A stretch of DNA of 63,104 bases, counting the filler. It is 7 parts of 7 records of this genome, joined end to end, with 100 filler letters (N's around TTAATTAATTAA, not from the genome) between each part and the next. Parts side by side here need not be neighbours in the genome. Positions count along the whole stretch, not along the records: positions 52,720 to 58,505 come from SRR20825010_1585; positions 58,606 to 63,104 come from SRR20825010_1590; 5 more parts are not named here. The stretch is one strand, 5' to 3'. The position numbers and the translations under genes were made by a program. The notes below the pieces were generated by a model that worked only from the letters and a program-made list of their open reading frames with translations, searched no databases and was not told the origin of the DNA. This document shows, in pieces, positions 52,620-61,822 of the stretch (the first letter of the stretch is position 1; each line of letters starts with the position of its first letter).

Positions 52620-52719
52620 NNNNNNNNNNNNNNNNNNNNNNNNNNNNNNNNNNNNNNNNNNNNTTAATTAATTAANNNNNNNNNNNNNNNNNNNNNNNNN
52701 NNNNNNNNNNNNNNNNNNN
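52620..52719. other. Artificial contig spacer
   Basis: N44-TTAATTAATTAA-N44. Confidence 0.99.
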
Positions 52720-53100
52720 GCCGGCAAGTTTTCTGACTGGTCATCGTGCGACCCATTGCAAGTTCAGCTCCCCATTCAACCGGCCAACGCCTCTCCACCA
52801 CCGAGTCATTGAAGGCTGCGTTCAAAGCCCTATCGACACTGGCGAATCTCCCTCACCAGGCAACTCACGGCTGGTTTCATCGCCCAATCGGCGGCGGTGT
52901 TTCGATCGTCTCGCCTTCAAGAAAACCTGCCCTTTCGTGCCGAGCAATCGGAACCCAAGCCGAGTGGGCGATTAAAAAGCTGCGAGAGATTGAAAATCGT
53001 GTGCAGTGGCCCGACAAAGAGGCTCGCGTTATCGGAACCCAAGCTGGTTGAGCTTAAACCCTTTACACTGTGCGCATTGAATTCAACGCAGCAACACACC

Positions 53101-53967
53101 ATGCCCAAACTCAAGAAGAATCCATTGGACGCACTGGAGCTAAAGCCCGGTCAGTCAATCGAATTGCTCAAGGCGCTTCACATCGTGACGCGTGAGGGTG
53201 GGATCAACCAGGACAGTCGAAGAAAGTTAAAGCAGGTGTATCACCTGACCCATTTTATTGAGCCTTTGATTGATGAAGTCAGGAAGGCCAATGAGGGGCA
53301 ACTTTATTTGGTGGACCACGGTGCGGGCAAGTCGTATCTCGGGTTTATTCTTTACGATCTTTACATCAAGCAGAGCCCGGAAGGCGCGGTGGTGGCTGGT
53401 GTGGAAACCCGTCAGGAGTTGGTGGACAAATCCAGCACGCTTGCCAGGCAATTGGGCTTTGGTCAGGGCATGGCATTCATTAACCTGCCAGTGGCGCAGG
53501 CCACGGAACACCCGGATTTGCCTGCACAGGTGGACATTGTGACGGCATTGCACGCGTGCAATACGGCCACAGATGATGCAATTTCATTTGGTTTGAAAAA
53601 GCAGGCGAAGTTCATGGCTTTGGTGCCTTGTTGCCAAGCCGAGGTGGCCACACACTTGCGCAAAAACAAGGCCAGCCAGTTGGGCAAAACCAGCTTGGTT
53701 GAAATGTGGCGTCACCCTTTGCACACACGAGAATTTGGCAGCCAGTTGACGAATGTTTTGCGGTGTTTGCAACTGGAGGCCCATGGTTACCAAGTGACTG
53801 TGACTGAGTTGGTGGGCTGGGAACATTCCATGAAAAACGAGTTGATTATTGCGAAAAAACACCAACGCTCAAACCCCAAAGCCGCGCAGCGTTTGCGCGA
53901 CATGCTGGCAGAACTGGGATTGGATGGTGATGAGGGCTTGCAGCAGCGTTTTCATGTGCCGCTGTAG
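53101..53967 (+). CDS. Class I SAM-dependent methyltransferase
   Basis: DHGAGKSYLGF, ALHACNTATD, VPCCQ, HSMKNE; start reassigned to MPKLK. Confidence 0.88.
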   Translation: MPKLKKNPLDALELKPGQSIELLKALHIVTREGGINQDSRRKLKQVYHLTHFIEPLIDEVRKANEGQLYLVDHGAGKSYLGFILYDLYIKQSPEGAVVAGVETRQELVDKSSTLARQLGFGQGMAFINLPVAQATEHPDLPAQVDIVTALHACNTATDDAISFGLKKQAKFMALVPCCQAEVATHLRKNKASQLGKTSLVEMWRHPLHTREFGSQLTNVLRCLQLEAHGYQVTVTELVGWEHSMKNELIIAKKHQRSNPKAAQRLRDMLAELGLDGDEGLQQRFHVPL

Positions 53968-53983
53968 TTAGGTGCTATAAAAG

Positions 53984-54583
53984 TTAGTGGCTTCGCAAAC
54001 CTTGCCATTCAGTGCGCGGTACGTTCGGCAGGCCCAGTAGCTGCAGGGCATGCTGGGCGGTGTCGGTGACCATGGCGTCGATGCTGTCGGGGCGTTGGTA
54101 CAAGGCAGGCACTGGTGGCATTACGATGCCGCCCATTTCGGTCACGCTGACCATGTTGCGCAGGTGTGCCAGGTTCAAAGGGGTTTCGCGCGGTAGTAAC
54201 ACCAGGCGGCGCCTTTCTTTCAGTACCACGTCGGCGGCGCGGGTAATCAGGTTGTTTGACAAGCCATGTGCCACAGCGGCCAGGGTGTGCATGGAACACG
54301 GTGCTATCACCATGCCCATGGACGGGTAAGATCCGCTTGCGATGCAATTGCCCACTGATTTGGGCGAATGCACCACGTGGGCTTTTGCCTCAATTTCTTC
54401 TTTGCTTGAGTCGCTTTCACTGGCCAGTGTTAGCCAACCCGAAGGTGATACGACCAAGTGAATTTCCGTATCGCCACGCGCGCGAAGCAGATCCAGAATT
54501 TTCAGACCAAACAAGGCACCGCTGGCCCCTGTGATGGCCACGGTGATGGATTGTTTGAATTGGACTGGAAGTGTGCTGCTCAA
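53984..54583 (-). CDS. ubiX: Flavin prenyltransferase
   Basis: ITGASG, ASGS, PCSM.TL, RAADVVLKERR, RETP. Confidence 0.95.
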   Translation of the reverse strand: MSSTLPVQFKQSITVAITGASGALFGLKILDLLRARGDTEIHLVVSPSGWLTLASESDSSKEEIEAKAHVVHSPKSVGNCIASGSYPSMGMVIAPCSMHTLAAVAHGLSNNLITRAADVVLKERRRLVLLPRETPLNLAHLRNMVSVTEMGGIVMPPVPALYQRPDSIDAMVTDTAQHALQLLGLPNVPRTEWQGLRSH

Positions 54584-54591
54584 GTTAAGAA

Positions 54592-54936
54592 TTACTCGGA
54601 CTTGGACGGTGCGTTGGTGGACGCATTGGCCGCAGCGATAAGCGCCCGCAGTTCGCCGTTTTGGTACATCTCGGTCATGATGTCGCAGCCACCCAGGAAT
54701 TCGCCGTTGACGTACAGCTGGGGAATGGTGGGCCAGTTGGCGTAATCTTTGATGCCCTGGCGAATTTCGGGGTCATCAAGCACGTTCACGGTGACCACTT
54801 TTTCGGCTTCGCAGGCTTTCAGGATTTGAATGGCGCGGCCAGAAAATCCGCACATGGGGAACTGGGCCGTTCCTTTCATGAACAAAACCACGGGGTGGCT
54901 GGTGACGGTTTCGTGAATGGAATCGCGAGCGCTCAT
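54592..54936 (-). CDS. grxD: Monothiol glutaredoxin Grx4
   Basis: FMKG, CGFS, WPTIPQLY, GGCDI. Confidence 0.96.
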   Translation of the reverse strand: MSARDSIHETVTSHPVVLFMKGTAQFPMCGFSGRAIQILKACEAEKVVTVNVLDDPEIRQGIKDYANWPTIPQLYVNGEFLGGCDIMTEMYQNGELRALIAAANASTNAPSKSE

Positions 54937-55039
54937 AAAAACTTCCTTTCAATAGGGTGAATTGCTACAACCCTGTAGTGTAATGGATATGGGTATAAAA
55001 CGCTCGTTTTCAATGGCTTGCGAGGGTTTTCATTGCACA

Positions 55040-55903
55040 TTAAATGTGGGCAAATACAAAGCGTGGTGTGCCGGCCAGGTCGGGCAGGCCTTGTACGTGC
55101 AAATAAGGCGCTATCGAAAACAGTGCTTTAACCGCCTCTTGCTGGTCGTGGCCATGTTCAACCAGTACGCCGCCGCCGGGGCGAAGCAGGGTGGGGCTGT
55201 AGCGGGCAATGTCCCGGTAGAAGCGCAGGCCGTCGCCGCCGTCTGTCAAGGCGAGCGAGGGCTCAAACCGCAAGTCGCCCTGTGAAAGGTGGATGTCACC
55301 TTGTTCAATGTAGGGGGGGTTGCTGCAAATCAAGTCGAAGGCCAGCGCAGGCGTTTGGTTCAAAAGCCCGGCGAACAGGTCGGATTGAATAAAGCGCACG
55401 TTCTTGGCGCCCAGTTGATTGGCGTTGTATTGGGCAACCCACAGGGCATCCGCCGAAACATCGGTGGCACTTACTTCAAGAATGGGGTTTTCAAGTGCAA
55501 GTGAAATGGCGATGGCCCCGCTGCCGCAGCCAATGTCGAGTACGCGGGTCAACAGGTTCTCGGTGGATTTGTTTTGCAAAAAGCCCAGGGCGTGTTCCAC
55601 CAGTTCTTCGGTTTCCGGGCGGGGTATCAACACGCGCGGATCGACAAAAAAAGGGCGGGAATAGAATTCTTTTTGCTGCACCAGATAAGCAATGGGTTCG
55701 CCGTGTTTCCGTTTTGCAGCCAGCGACTTGAATGCGCTGAGCTGATCCATGGGCAGTGCCCGATTGCCTTTGGTGACCAGGCCCACGCGGTCAAACCCGG
55801 TGATGTGTGTCATTAATATACGAAGTTCACTGGGCGGCAGGCCGGTTTCTTCGCGTGTTTGTTGCAACACTGATTCAATGGTGGGCTGGGGCAGGGTGCT
55901 CAT
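55040..55903 (-). CDS. prmC: Release factor glutamine methyltransferase
   Basis: [26 protein letters not shown]. Confidence 0.96.
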   Translation of the reverse strand: MSTLPQPTIESVLQQTREETGLPPSELRILMTHITGFDRVGLVTKGNRALPMDQLSAFKSLAAKRKHGEPIAYLVQQKEFYSRPFFVDPRVLIPRPETEELVEHALGFLQNKSTENLLTRVLDIGCGSGAIAISLALENPILEVSATDVSADALWVAQYNANQLGAKNVRFIQSDLFAGLLNQTPALAFDLICSNPPYIEQGDIHLSQGDLRFEPSLALTDGGDGLRFYRDIARYSPTLLRPGGGVLVEHGHDQQEAVKALFSIAPYLHVQGLPDLAGTPRFVFAHI

Positions 55904-56982
55904 TCTTTGGCGGTGATTTCGGCCAGAAGTTCCGCTTCGTGAAACGCGGTCAGGCCACTCATCAGGTCGGTCAGGTCTCCGTCCATGATGTAGTCGAGTT
56001 TGTAGAGGGTCAAGTTGATTCGGTGGTCGGTCATGCGTCCTTGCGGGAAGTTGTAGGTACGAATGCGTTCCGAGCGGTCGCCAGAACCCACCAAACTGCG
56101 GCGTTCGCTGGCCTCGGCGGCCTGGCGTTCCCGGTCAATTTTGTCCTGAAGGCGCACATTCAGCACCTTCATGGCTTTGGCTTTGTTTTTGTGCTGGCTG
56201 CGTTCGTCCTGGCATTCCACCACCAGGCCTGTGGGCAGGTGGGTAATGCGCACGGCAGAATCGGTTTTGTTGATGTGCTGCCCACCTGCACCGCTGGCGC
56301 GGTAGGTGTCGATGCGCAAATCTGCGGGGTTGATTTCAATTTCTTCGGCTTCGTCGGGTTCGGCCATCACTGCCACCGTGCACGCTGAGGTGTGTATGCG
56401 ACCCTGGCTTTCGGTGGCTGGAACACGCTGAACGCGATGTCCACCCGATTCGAATTTCAGGTGTTTGTACACGTTCTCGCCGGCAAGGCGAACAATCACT
56501 TCTTTGTAGCCGCCCAGTTCGGATTCACTGGCGCTCATCACTTCAATTTGCCAGCCCTGGCGTTCAGCGTACCGGGTGTACATGCGAAACAGGTCGCCTG
56601 CAAACAAGGCAGATTCATCGCCACCTGTGCCTGCCCGAATTTCAAGCATGGCGTTGCGGTGATCGTTGGGGTCTTTGGGCAGCATCAGGCGCTGTAGGTC
56701 GGCCTCGATCTGCAGTAGTTTTGCTTCGTTTTGCGCAATTTCCTCGCGGGCCATGTCACGCATGTCGGGGTCTGAAAGCCATTCGCGCGCGGTGTTCAGG
56801 TCGGCTTCAATGTTCCGGTATTCTGCAAAACGTTCAGTGGCGGGCAACAGTTCGGATCGCTCACGCGTGATGGCCTTGAACTGCACCATGTCATTGGCGG
56901 CGTTCTGCGAGGATAAAAAATCTTCAAGGTCGGCCAAGCGTTCTGTAAGACGCGTGAGCCGGGCCCGCATGCTGTTGTTCAT
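55900..56982 (-). CDS. prfA: Peptide chain release factor 1
   Basis: VP-AT-E (PxT) motif, GAGGQH, RIRTYNF. Confidence 0.97.
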   Translation of the reverse strand: MNNSMRARLTRLTERLADLEDFLSSQNAANDMVQFKAITRERSELLPATERFAEYRNIEADLNTAREWLSDPDMRDMAREEIAQNEAKLLQIEADLQRLMLPKDPNDHRNAMLEIRAGTGGDESALFAGDLFRMYTRYAERQGWQIEVMSASESELGGYKEVIVRLAGENVYKHLKFESGGHRVQRVPATESQGRIHTSACTVAVMAEPDEAEEIEINPADLRIDTYRASGAGGQHINKTDSAVRITHLPTGLVVECQDERSQHKNKAKAMKVLNVRLQDKIDRERQAAEASERRSLVGSGDRSERIRTYNFPQGRMTDHRINLTLYKLDYIMDGDLTDLMSGLTAFHEAELLAEITAKE

Positions 56983-58251
56983 CTATTTGTCGGTGTTTTT
57001 GATGTTGAAAAGCTGGGGAAGCCACTTCAGGAGTGCTTCGCGCTCAGCGGGGGTGGCTTTGTGCAGGGCTTGCATTGGGCCATGCATGAATTTTGCACCA
57101 ATGCGGTGGGCCATCAGTTGCAGTACTTCGTCTGCAGGTATGCCTTTGGCAAGTTGTTTGCGGGCGTGCTCCAGTTCAAGCTGGGCAATGTCGTCGGCTT
57201 TCTGGTGTATTTCCTGAATGGTGGGCACCAGTGACCGTTCGTTCATCCAGCGCATGAAGCCCTGCACCTGGGTTTCTATGATGGCTTCTGCTTGTTCTAC
57301 GGCAGCGGCGCGTTGCTCGCGACCTTCTTGAACAATCTGGCTAAGGTCGTCAACGGTGTACAGAAATACATCGTCGAGTTTGCTGACCTGTGCTTCGATG
57401 TCGCGGGGTACCGCCAGATCAAGCATGAAAATCGGTTCGTGTTTGCGTTTTTTGCAAGCTGCTTCGACCATGCCCAAGCCGATCAAGGGCAGGGTGCTGG
57501 CTGTGCAGGAAATGACGATGTCCGATTTCGCCAGTTGCTCCGGTACCTGGGCCAAACCAATCACGTTGGCATTGTGAGCCAAGGCGAGCTGGTGGGCGCG
57601 TTCTGCGCTGCGGTTGGCGATGGTGATGCTTTTCGGTTGCTGGGCTGCGAAGTGGGTGGCGCACAGCTGGATCATTTCGCCCGCGCCGATGAACAGCACA
57701 TTGCGTTTGCTTAGATCGCCAAAAATTCGGGTGGCCAGTTTGACTGCCGCCGAGGCCATCGAGACGGAGTGCGCGCCAATTTCGGTGTGCGAGCGGACTT
57801 CTTTGGCCACAGAGAAGGTGCGCTGAAAAAGTTGGTGCAGCATTTGACCCAGGGTGCCCGCTTCTTCTGCGGTGCGGGCGGCTTGCTTCATCTGGCCTAG
57901 AATTTGGGCTTCACCAAGCACCATGGAATCCAGCCCGCTGGCCACGCGGAATGCATGGCGCACCACTTCCTGCTGGGGCAGGATGTACAGGTGGGGGCTC
58001 AGTTCTTTGGGGGATATGTTGCGGTTGCTGGCCAACCAGTCCAGTAGCTCGCGCTCCAGGTGCGCAAGGTCGCTGCTGGCGCAATACACTTCGGTACGGT
58101 TGCAGGTGGACAATATGGCTGCTTCCGGGGCCTGTACCCGGTGGGCAAGGGCGCGCAGTGCTTCTTGCAATTGTTCGGCCGGAAACGCCAAGCGCTCGCG
58201 AAGGGCGAGCGGTGCGGATTGATAATTCAGGCCGACTGCGAAAAGCTCCAT
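56983..58251 (-). CDS. hemA: Glutamyl-tRNA reductase
   Basis: [30 protein letters not shown]; classic hemA-prfA-prmC order. Confidence 0.97.
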   Translation of the reverse strand: MELFAVGLNYQSAPLALRERLAFPAEQLQEALRALAHRVQAPEAAILSTCNRTEVYCASSDLAHLERELLDWLASNRNISPKELSPHLYILPQQEVVRHAFRVASGLDSMVLGEAQILGQMKQAARTAEEAGTLGQMLHQLFQRTFSVAKEVRSHTEIGAHSVSMASAAVKLATRIFGDLSKRNVLFIGAGEMIQLCATHFAAQQPKSITIANRSAERAHQLALAHNANVIGLAQVPEQLAKSDIVISCTASTLPLIGLGMVEAACKKRKHEPIFMLDLAVPRDIEAQVSKLDDVFLYTVDDLSQIVQEGREQRAAAVEQAEAIIETQVQGFMRWMNERSLVPTIQEIHQKADDIAQLELEHARKQLAKGIPADEVLQLMAHRIGAKFMHGPMQALHKATPAEREALLKWLPQLFNIKNTDK

Positions 58252-58305
58252 AATACCTACTGGGCGGGAAACCCTTCATTATAACCCGTGATGCCGGGGA
58301 TGCCT

Positions 58306-58505
58306 TCAGTCGTTTTCTGCGAGCTGCCTTTTGATTTTCGCGAGGTCGGCAGATTTCCCTTCGTGGTCCACTTGTTCCAGTTTGTAGCCAAAGCCGTAAA
58401 CGGGTGTCAGGCGAAAACCTTGTTCCGGACGCAAGGCCAGTTTGGAGCGCACCCGCGATATGTGGGTGTCCATGGTTCGCGAGGGCAGGTCGGTGTCGCG
58501 ACCCC
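58306..58505 (-). CDS. OmpR-family response regulator, C-terminal winged-helix fragment (not in the ORF track)
   Basis: Own translation: GRDTDLPSRTMDTHISRVRSKLALRPEQGFRLTPVYGFGYKLE...*. Confidence 0.85.
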
Positions 58506-58605
58506 NNNNNNNNNNNNNNNNNNNNNNNNNNNNNNNNNNNNNNNNNNNNTTAATTAATTAANNNNNNNNNNNNNNNNNNNNNNNNNNNNNNNNNNNNNNN
58601 NNNNN
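58506..58605. other. Artificial contig spacer
   Basis: N44-TTAATTAATTAA-N44. Confidence 0.99.
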
Positions 58606-58606
58606 C

Positions 58607-58678
58607 TGGCATGCCTATCGCGGCCTGATCGACACTGAAAAGGCCGAAGCCCGACGCCTGCGGCGTGTGGTACCATAA
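58607..58678 (+). CDS. C-terminal fragment of a probable DUF2189 membrane protein
   Basis: Own translation WHAYRGLIDTEKAEARRLRRVVP*; WHAYR is the typical DUF2189 C-terminal motif. Confidence 0.55.
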   Translation, partial: WHAYRGLIDTEKAEARRLRRVVP

Positions 58679-58765
58679 CACCCGCCAAATAGCATTTCAC
58701 ATCGGCGCAAGGATGCCTGAAACCAGCCTTGCGCCTTTGTTTTTGCCAAAAGAAACCCGGCAAAA

Positions 58766-58779
58766 CTAACCCGTGTTAG
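58766..58779 (+). promoter_or_regulatory. Putative Crp/Fnr box CTAAC-CCGT-GTTAG
   Basis: Perfect 5-4-5 palindrome; dyad 29.5 bp upstream of the T (58802) of TGcTAAACC. Confidence 0.65.
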
Positions 58780-58858
58780 CCAACCCGGATATCCCATGTG
58801 CTAAACCCTTCGATAGCTTGGCGGAAGTTCCGCCGGGCATTGTTTAAGGCACACGCGC

Positions 58859-59239
58859 ATGACACAGAAAACTGTCGAAGCCGACAAAACGGCCACCTCA
58901 ATTCCCGCGCCCCTTCTCGAAGTTTTTAACGGACCGCTTGCATCGACGGTTAAAAACAATTCCGAAGCCATCGCCAATAGCATGCAGGTCGTTCCTGCAA
59001 AGCTTGGGGAATTTGTCGCAGGCCGGATCAAGGCCAATGTACAGCTTTACCAGACGTGTCAGGAATGTACGGATTGGTCGGACCTGATGGATGCGCAGCA
59101 AACCTGGCTAAAAGACACCAATGCTGCATTCGCCGATCAGACCAATACCATCATCGCGATGACCCAGTCCCTTTTTGGCCAGATCGAGGTCCCCAAAGGC
59201 AACCCGGAAACAAAAGTTTCCGATAAAGCGCACAAATAA
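58859..59239 (+). CDS. Phasin-like helical protein
   Basis: EF...RI..N......CTDWSDLMDAQQTWL pattern resembles the phasin family; 126 aa. Confidence 0.55.
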   Translation: MTQKTVEADKTATSIPAPLLEVFNGPLASTVKNNSEAIANSMQVVPAKLGEFVAGRIKANVQLYQTCQECTDWSDLMDAQQTWLKDTNAAFADQTNTIIAMTQSLFGQIEVPKGNPETKVSDKAHK

Positions 59240-59291
59240 GATCTGACAACATTGACGACCTTCAATGTTACAGACATCGGAACGCATCACG

Positions 59292-59333
59292 AAAAAGGGC
59301 GGGATTTTGCGCGATGCAGGATCTCCGCCCCTT
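59292..59333. terminator. Putative terminator between convergent genes
   Basis: AAAAAGGGCGGGAT...ATCTCCGCCCTT imperfect hairpin with a minus-strand T-tract. Confidence 0.5.
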
Positions 59334-59393
59334 CATGTCGGGATATTGAATATTTCCGCCTGAAAAGCATTTGCCGAAAACCGTTACGCCCGA

Positions 59394-59633
59394 CTAAGCG
59401 GGATGCCGTACCGAATTGCCACCTTTGATGATTGCTTTGATCAGATCATGAACGGCCTGATGATGGTCGTTCACTTCCCCCCCGGGTTCGCCGGTGACAT
59501 GCCCATTGGCTGCATCTTCAAGAATACCGATAATATCCTTGTCCGTCATAAGGCCCATATCTCCCAGACAAAGCAAGAGAGACTCACAAATCGAAAGGGC
59601 AGCAGCACCTTGAACTTTGTATTTATCATCCAT
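59394..59633 (-). CDS. Small hypothetical protein (79 aa)
   Basis: AAGGA RBS; amphipathic helices; AALSICESLLL and GGNSVR motifs. Confidence 0.75.
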   Translation of the reverse strand: MDDKYKVQGAAALSICESLLLCLGDMGLMTDKDIIGILEDAANGHVTGEPGGEVNDHHQAVHDLIKAIIKGGNSVRHPA

Positions 59634-59722
59634 GTTGCTTATCCTTTAAATAATCTTGGATTTATCGCATCTATGTTGCGAAATATGACCAAAAGATTTA
59701 TCATCATGTTTCACAACCAGCG

Positions 59723-59736
59723 TAAACACAGATCAG
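59723..59736. promoter_or_regulatory. Putative Crp/Fnr box shared by divergent promoters (CTGAT-CTGT-GTTTA on -)
   Basis: Identical 14-mer to 62091-62104; dyad 29.5 bp from TGaTAAATC (minus, T at 59700) and from TAATTT (plus, T at 59759). Confidence 0.65.
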
Positions 59737-59777
59737 GATTTTGAAAATATTGGCATAATAATTTTTATTATTTTGTC

Positions 59778-60527
59778 ATGAAAGAAAAATACATGATTTC
59801 GTCTACAAAATTTGTTGAAAAAAAGCTGAAATCTTTCATCGATCTGACAGATAATGAAATTTCTACATTTTCTTCGATGCCCAGCAGATTGATCACACTT
59901 TCTGCCGGGCGCGAAATTGTTCACGAAGGACAGCGGGCGCACAATGCCTTTATCCTGCTTGATGGCTGGGTCGCGTCTTACAAACTGCTGCCCGATGGCA
60001 CGCGCCAGATCATCGATTTTCAAATTCCTGGCGACTTCCTCGGCTTGCGCAGCCTGTTGCTGCGGACCTCGGATCACAGCTTCGAAGCGATAACCGAAAT
60101 CACAATCGCCGAAGTATCAGCCCAGAACATAAAATCCACCTTCGCGAAATCCCCCCGTCTGGCAAGTGCCATTCTCTGGGCAGCGTCGCGCGATGAGGCG
60201 ATGGTTGTCGAACATCTGGTAAATATCGGCCGCCGGTCTGCGATTGTGCGCACGGCCCACTTCCTGCTGGAACTGGGGACCAGATTGAATCTGATCGGGG
60301 TCGGCACCCCAAACAGCTACCCCTGCCCGCTGTCACAATACCTTCTGGCCGATGCCTTGGGCCTAAGCGCGATCCATATCAATCGCGTTCTGCGTCAATT
60401 GCGCGAACAAAAACTGATGACCTTCCAGAAGGGGATCGTGCATTTCAACAATCTTGAAAAGCTGATCGCCCTTGCCGATTTTCAGGTCGGCTACCTTGAT
60501 CAGGACGAGCCCATCATCCGGCATTGA
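59778..60527 (+). CDS. Crp/Fnr family transcriptional regulator
   Basis: cNMP-binding fold (G.RQI..F.IPGDFLG), R.AHFLLE, HTH LSQYLLADALGLSAIHINRVL; no FNR Cys cluster. Confidence 0.93.
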   Translation: MKEKYMISSTKFVEKKLKSFIDLTDNEISTFSSMPSRLITLSAGREIVHEGQRAHNAFILLDGWVASYKLLPDGTRQIIDFQIPGDFLGLRSLLLRTSDHSFEAITEITIAEVSAQNIKSTFAKSPRLASAILWAASRDEAMVVEHLVNIGRRSAIVRTAHFLLELGTRLNLIGVGTPNSYPCPLSQYLLADALGLSAIHINRVLRQLREQKLMTFQKGIVHFNNLEKLIALADFQVGYLDQDEPIIRH

Positions 60528-60562
60528 TCCGGCCATACCGGGCATCGATCACCCCCGTACGA

Positions 60563-60781
60563 TCAAAAAACCTTGCCTGCCATCCACGCATCGACATCCT
60601 TTGTCGCCTGCTCTTCGGACAGGCTGGCGCGGACTTTGATCATATTGCAAAACTGCCCCTTGGTCCGGATCGTCGACAGATCATAATGCGTCAGGAATTT
60701 CCAATGCTTCTGCGCATCCCTGAGGTAACCCTTTTTGCGGGTCACGGCTTCGGCTGTTTCGCCACCCTGGAAACCAAACAT
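60563..60781 (-). CDS. Small CsbD/YjbJ-like protein
   Basis: CAGGAGAG RBS; W.FLT..DL..I....Q....IK.R..LS.EQA.KDVD.W resembles CsbD helices. Confidence 0.6.
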   Translation of the reverse strand: MFGFQGGETAEAVTRKKGYLRDAQKHWKFLTHYDLSTIRTKGQFCNMIKVRASLSEEQATKDVDAWMAGKVF

Positions 60782-60827
60782 TTACACTCTCCTGTTTGTG
60801 ATATTATTGAATTTCAAAATGAAATGG

Positions 60828-60841
60828 ATAATCCAAATCAA
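60828..60841 (-). promoter_or_regulatory. Putative Crp/Fnr box TTGAT-TTGG-ATTAT
   Basis: Dyad 28.5 bp upstream of TAATAT (60806-60801), upstream of the CsbD-like gene. Confidence 0.5.
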
Positions 60842-60912
60842 CCGGGCAAACCGGGCGATATCGCCCGGCCCGTTGATCGGATCAAAATGCCTTGGTCGCA
60901 GATATCGGGATG

Positions 60913-61293
60913 TCAGCGAATAACCATCGCAAAGGGTGATCTGGCAGATGAAACCCGGCTTGCACGGTGTATTTCGCCCACCAAATGCAATTCCTGTTCG
61001 GAAATATCGGCATCAAGAAGGGCCAGCTCTTCTTCCGCGATCTCGTCCATCACCAACGCAAGATCAAGTTCTTCAAGGCTGACCAGGATCGAAAGCCGCG
61101 CCGCATCGGAAGTCGGCGTCCCATTGATATGCAAAAGCGACAGGACCGGCTGATAGGTGACAAAACTATCGCCCTCCGCCAGCTCTTCGTATGTCTCTAC
61201 ACAATATGTACCGGCTGGCAGATTTCGTGTACGGCCTGTCAAATTGAACGGATGCTTGAAACGGTAAATATTGCTGATCGTGCGGACACTCAT
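60913..61293 (-). CDS. Hypothetical protein, paralog of 62417-62782
   Basis: AGGAGG RBS; F.HPF.L.G....PAG.Y.VET.EE..EG.SFV.Y motif. Confidence 0.8.
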   Translation of the reverse strand: MSVRTISNIYRFKHPFNLTGRTRNLPAGTYCVETYEELAEGDSFVTYQPVLSLLHINGTPTSDAARLSILVSLEELDLALVMDEIAEEELALLDADISEQELHLVGEIHRASRVSSARSPFAMVIR

Positions 61294-61347
61294 GGAAGCC
61301 TCCTGTGTACTCAGGTGAAATCCTGCTGTTGCGTCATGGCCTGTTTG

Positions 61348-61380
61348 AAAAAAACCATCCCGACGAAACCGCCGGGATGG
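61348..61380 (-). terminator. Intrinsic terminator after the 67-aa gene
   Basis: Minus strand CCATCCCGGCG-GTTT-CGTCGGGATGG-TTTTTTT. Confidence 0.8.
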
Positions 61381-61410
61381 AAGATGTCAATAGGGGTAGG
61401 ACATCAAAGT

Positions 61411-61614
61411 TCAGTTCAAAGCTTTGGTCGCTGCGTCGAGCGATTTGATACATTCAGGATCGTTTTTGGCCTTTTGGGCCGTTTCGGCAGCCTGATAATG
61501 CTTCAACGCCGCTTCTTTTTTCGGACCGGAAGGTGCCTTGTCCCAGGCAGCCTTGACAGTCTTCATTTTCTCGGCAGCGGACTGCCCTGAACTCTGTTGT
61601 TCTTTCATAGCCAT
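61411..61614 (-). CDS. Small Ala/Lys-rich helical hypothetical protein (67 aa)
   Basis: GAGGT RBS, own terminator, helical-bundle-like sequence AAWDKAPSGPKKEAALKHYQAAE. Confidence 0.75.
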   Translation of the reverse strand: MAMKEQQSSGQSAAEKMKTVKAAWDKAPSGPKKEAALKHYQAAETAQKAKNDPECIKSLDAATKALN

Positions 61615-61777
61615 TGACCTCAGGTATTGGTTTCGTCAAGTCAACATAGGGGGGACTTGCCGGGGGTATCGGGGGGTCCGATTATGGGCGACAAGGATTG
61701 CCCTGACAAAACCGAGTTTGAATAACTGAACATTCAGTATTCATGATTACTTTTAGCCGAACTACCAAGGCAAAGAA

Positions 61778-61791
61778 CTAACCTGTGTTTG
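61778..61791. promoter_or_regulatory. Putative Crp/Fnr box CTAAC-CTGT-GTTTG
   Basis: Dyad 29.5 bp from the minus-strand GCTAAAAG (T at 61755). Confidence 0.6.
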
Positions 61792-61822
61792 TATCCGGCA
61801 AAGTTTTTATCTTGGCATTACA

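Noticed and set aside
24440-58251. Two hemA genes as a duplication
   Set aside because: They are on different contigs from different phyla.
59248-59269. AACATTGA-CGACCT-TCAATGTT, containing an FNR-like TTGA-N6-TCAA
   Set aside because: It lies between convergent gene ends with no TA hexamer at 29.5 bp on either side; more likely an RNA hairpin.
60873-60885. TTGAT-CGG-ATCAA perfect FNR half-sites (and ATAAC-CTG-ATCAG near 62143)
   Set aside because: The spacer is 3 bp rather than 4, so they were not counted as boxes, though both are worth including in an EMSA.
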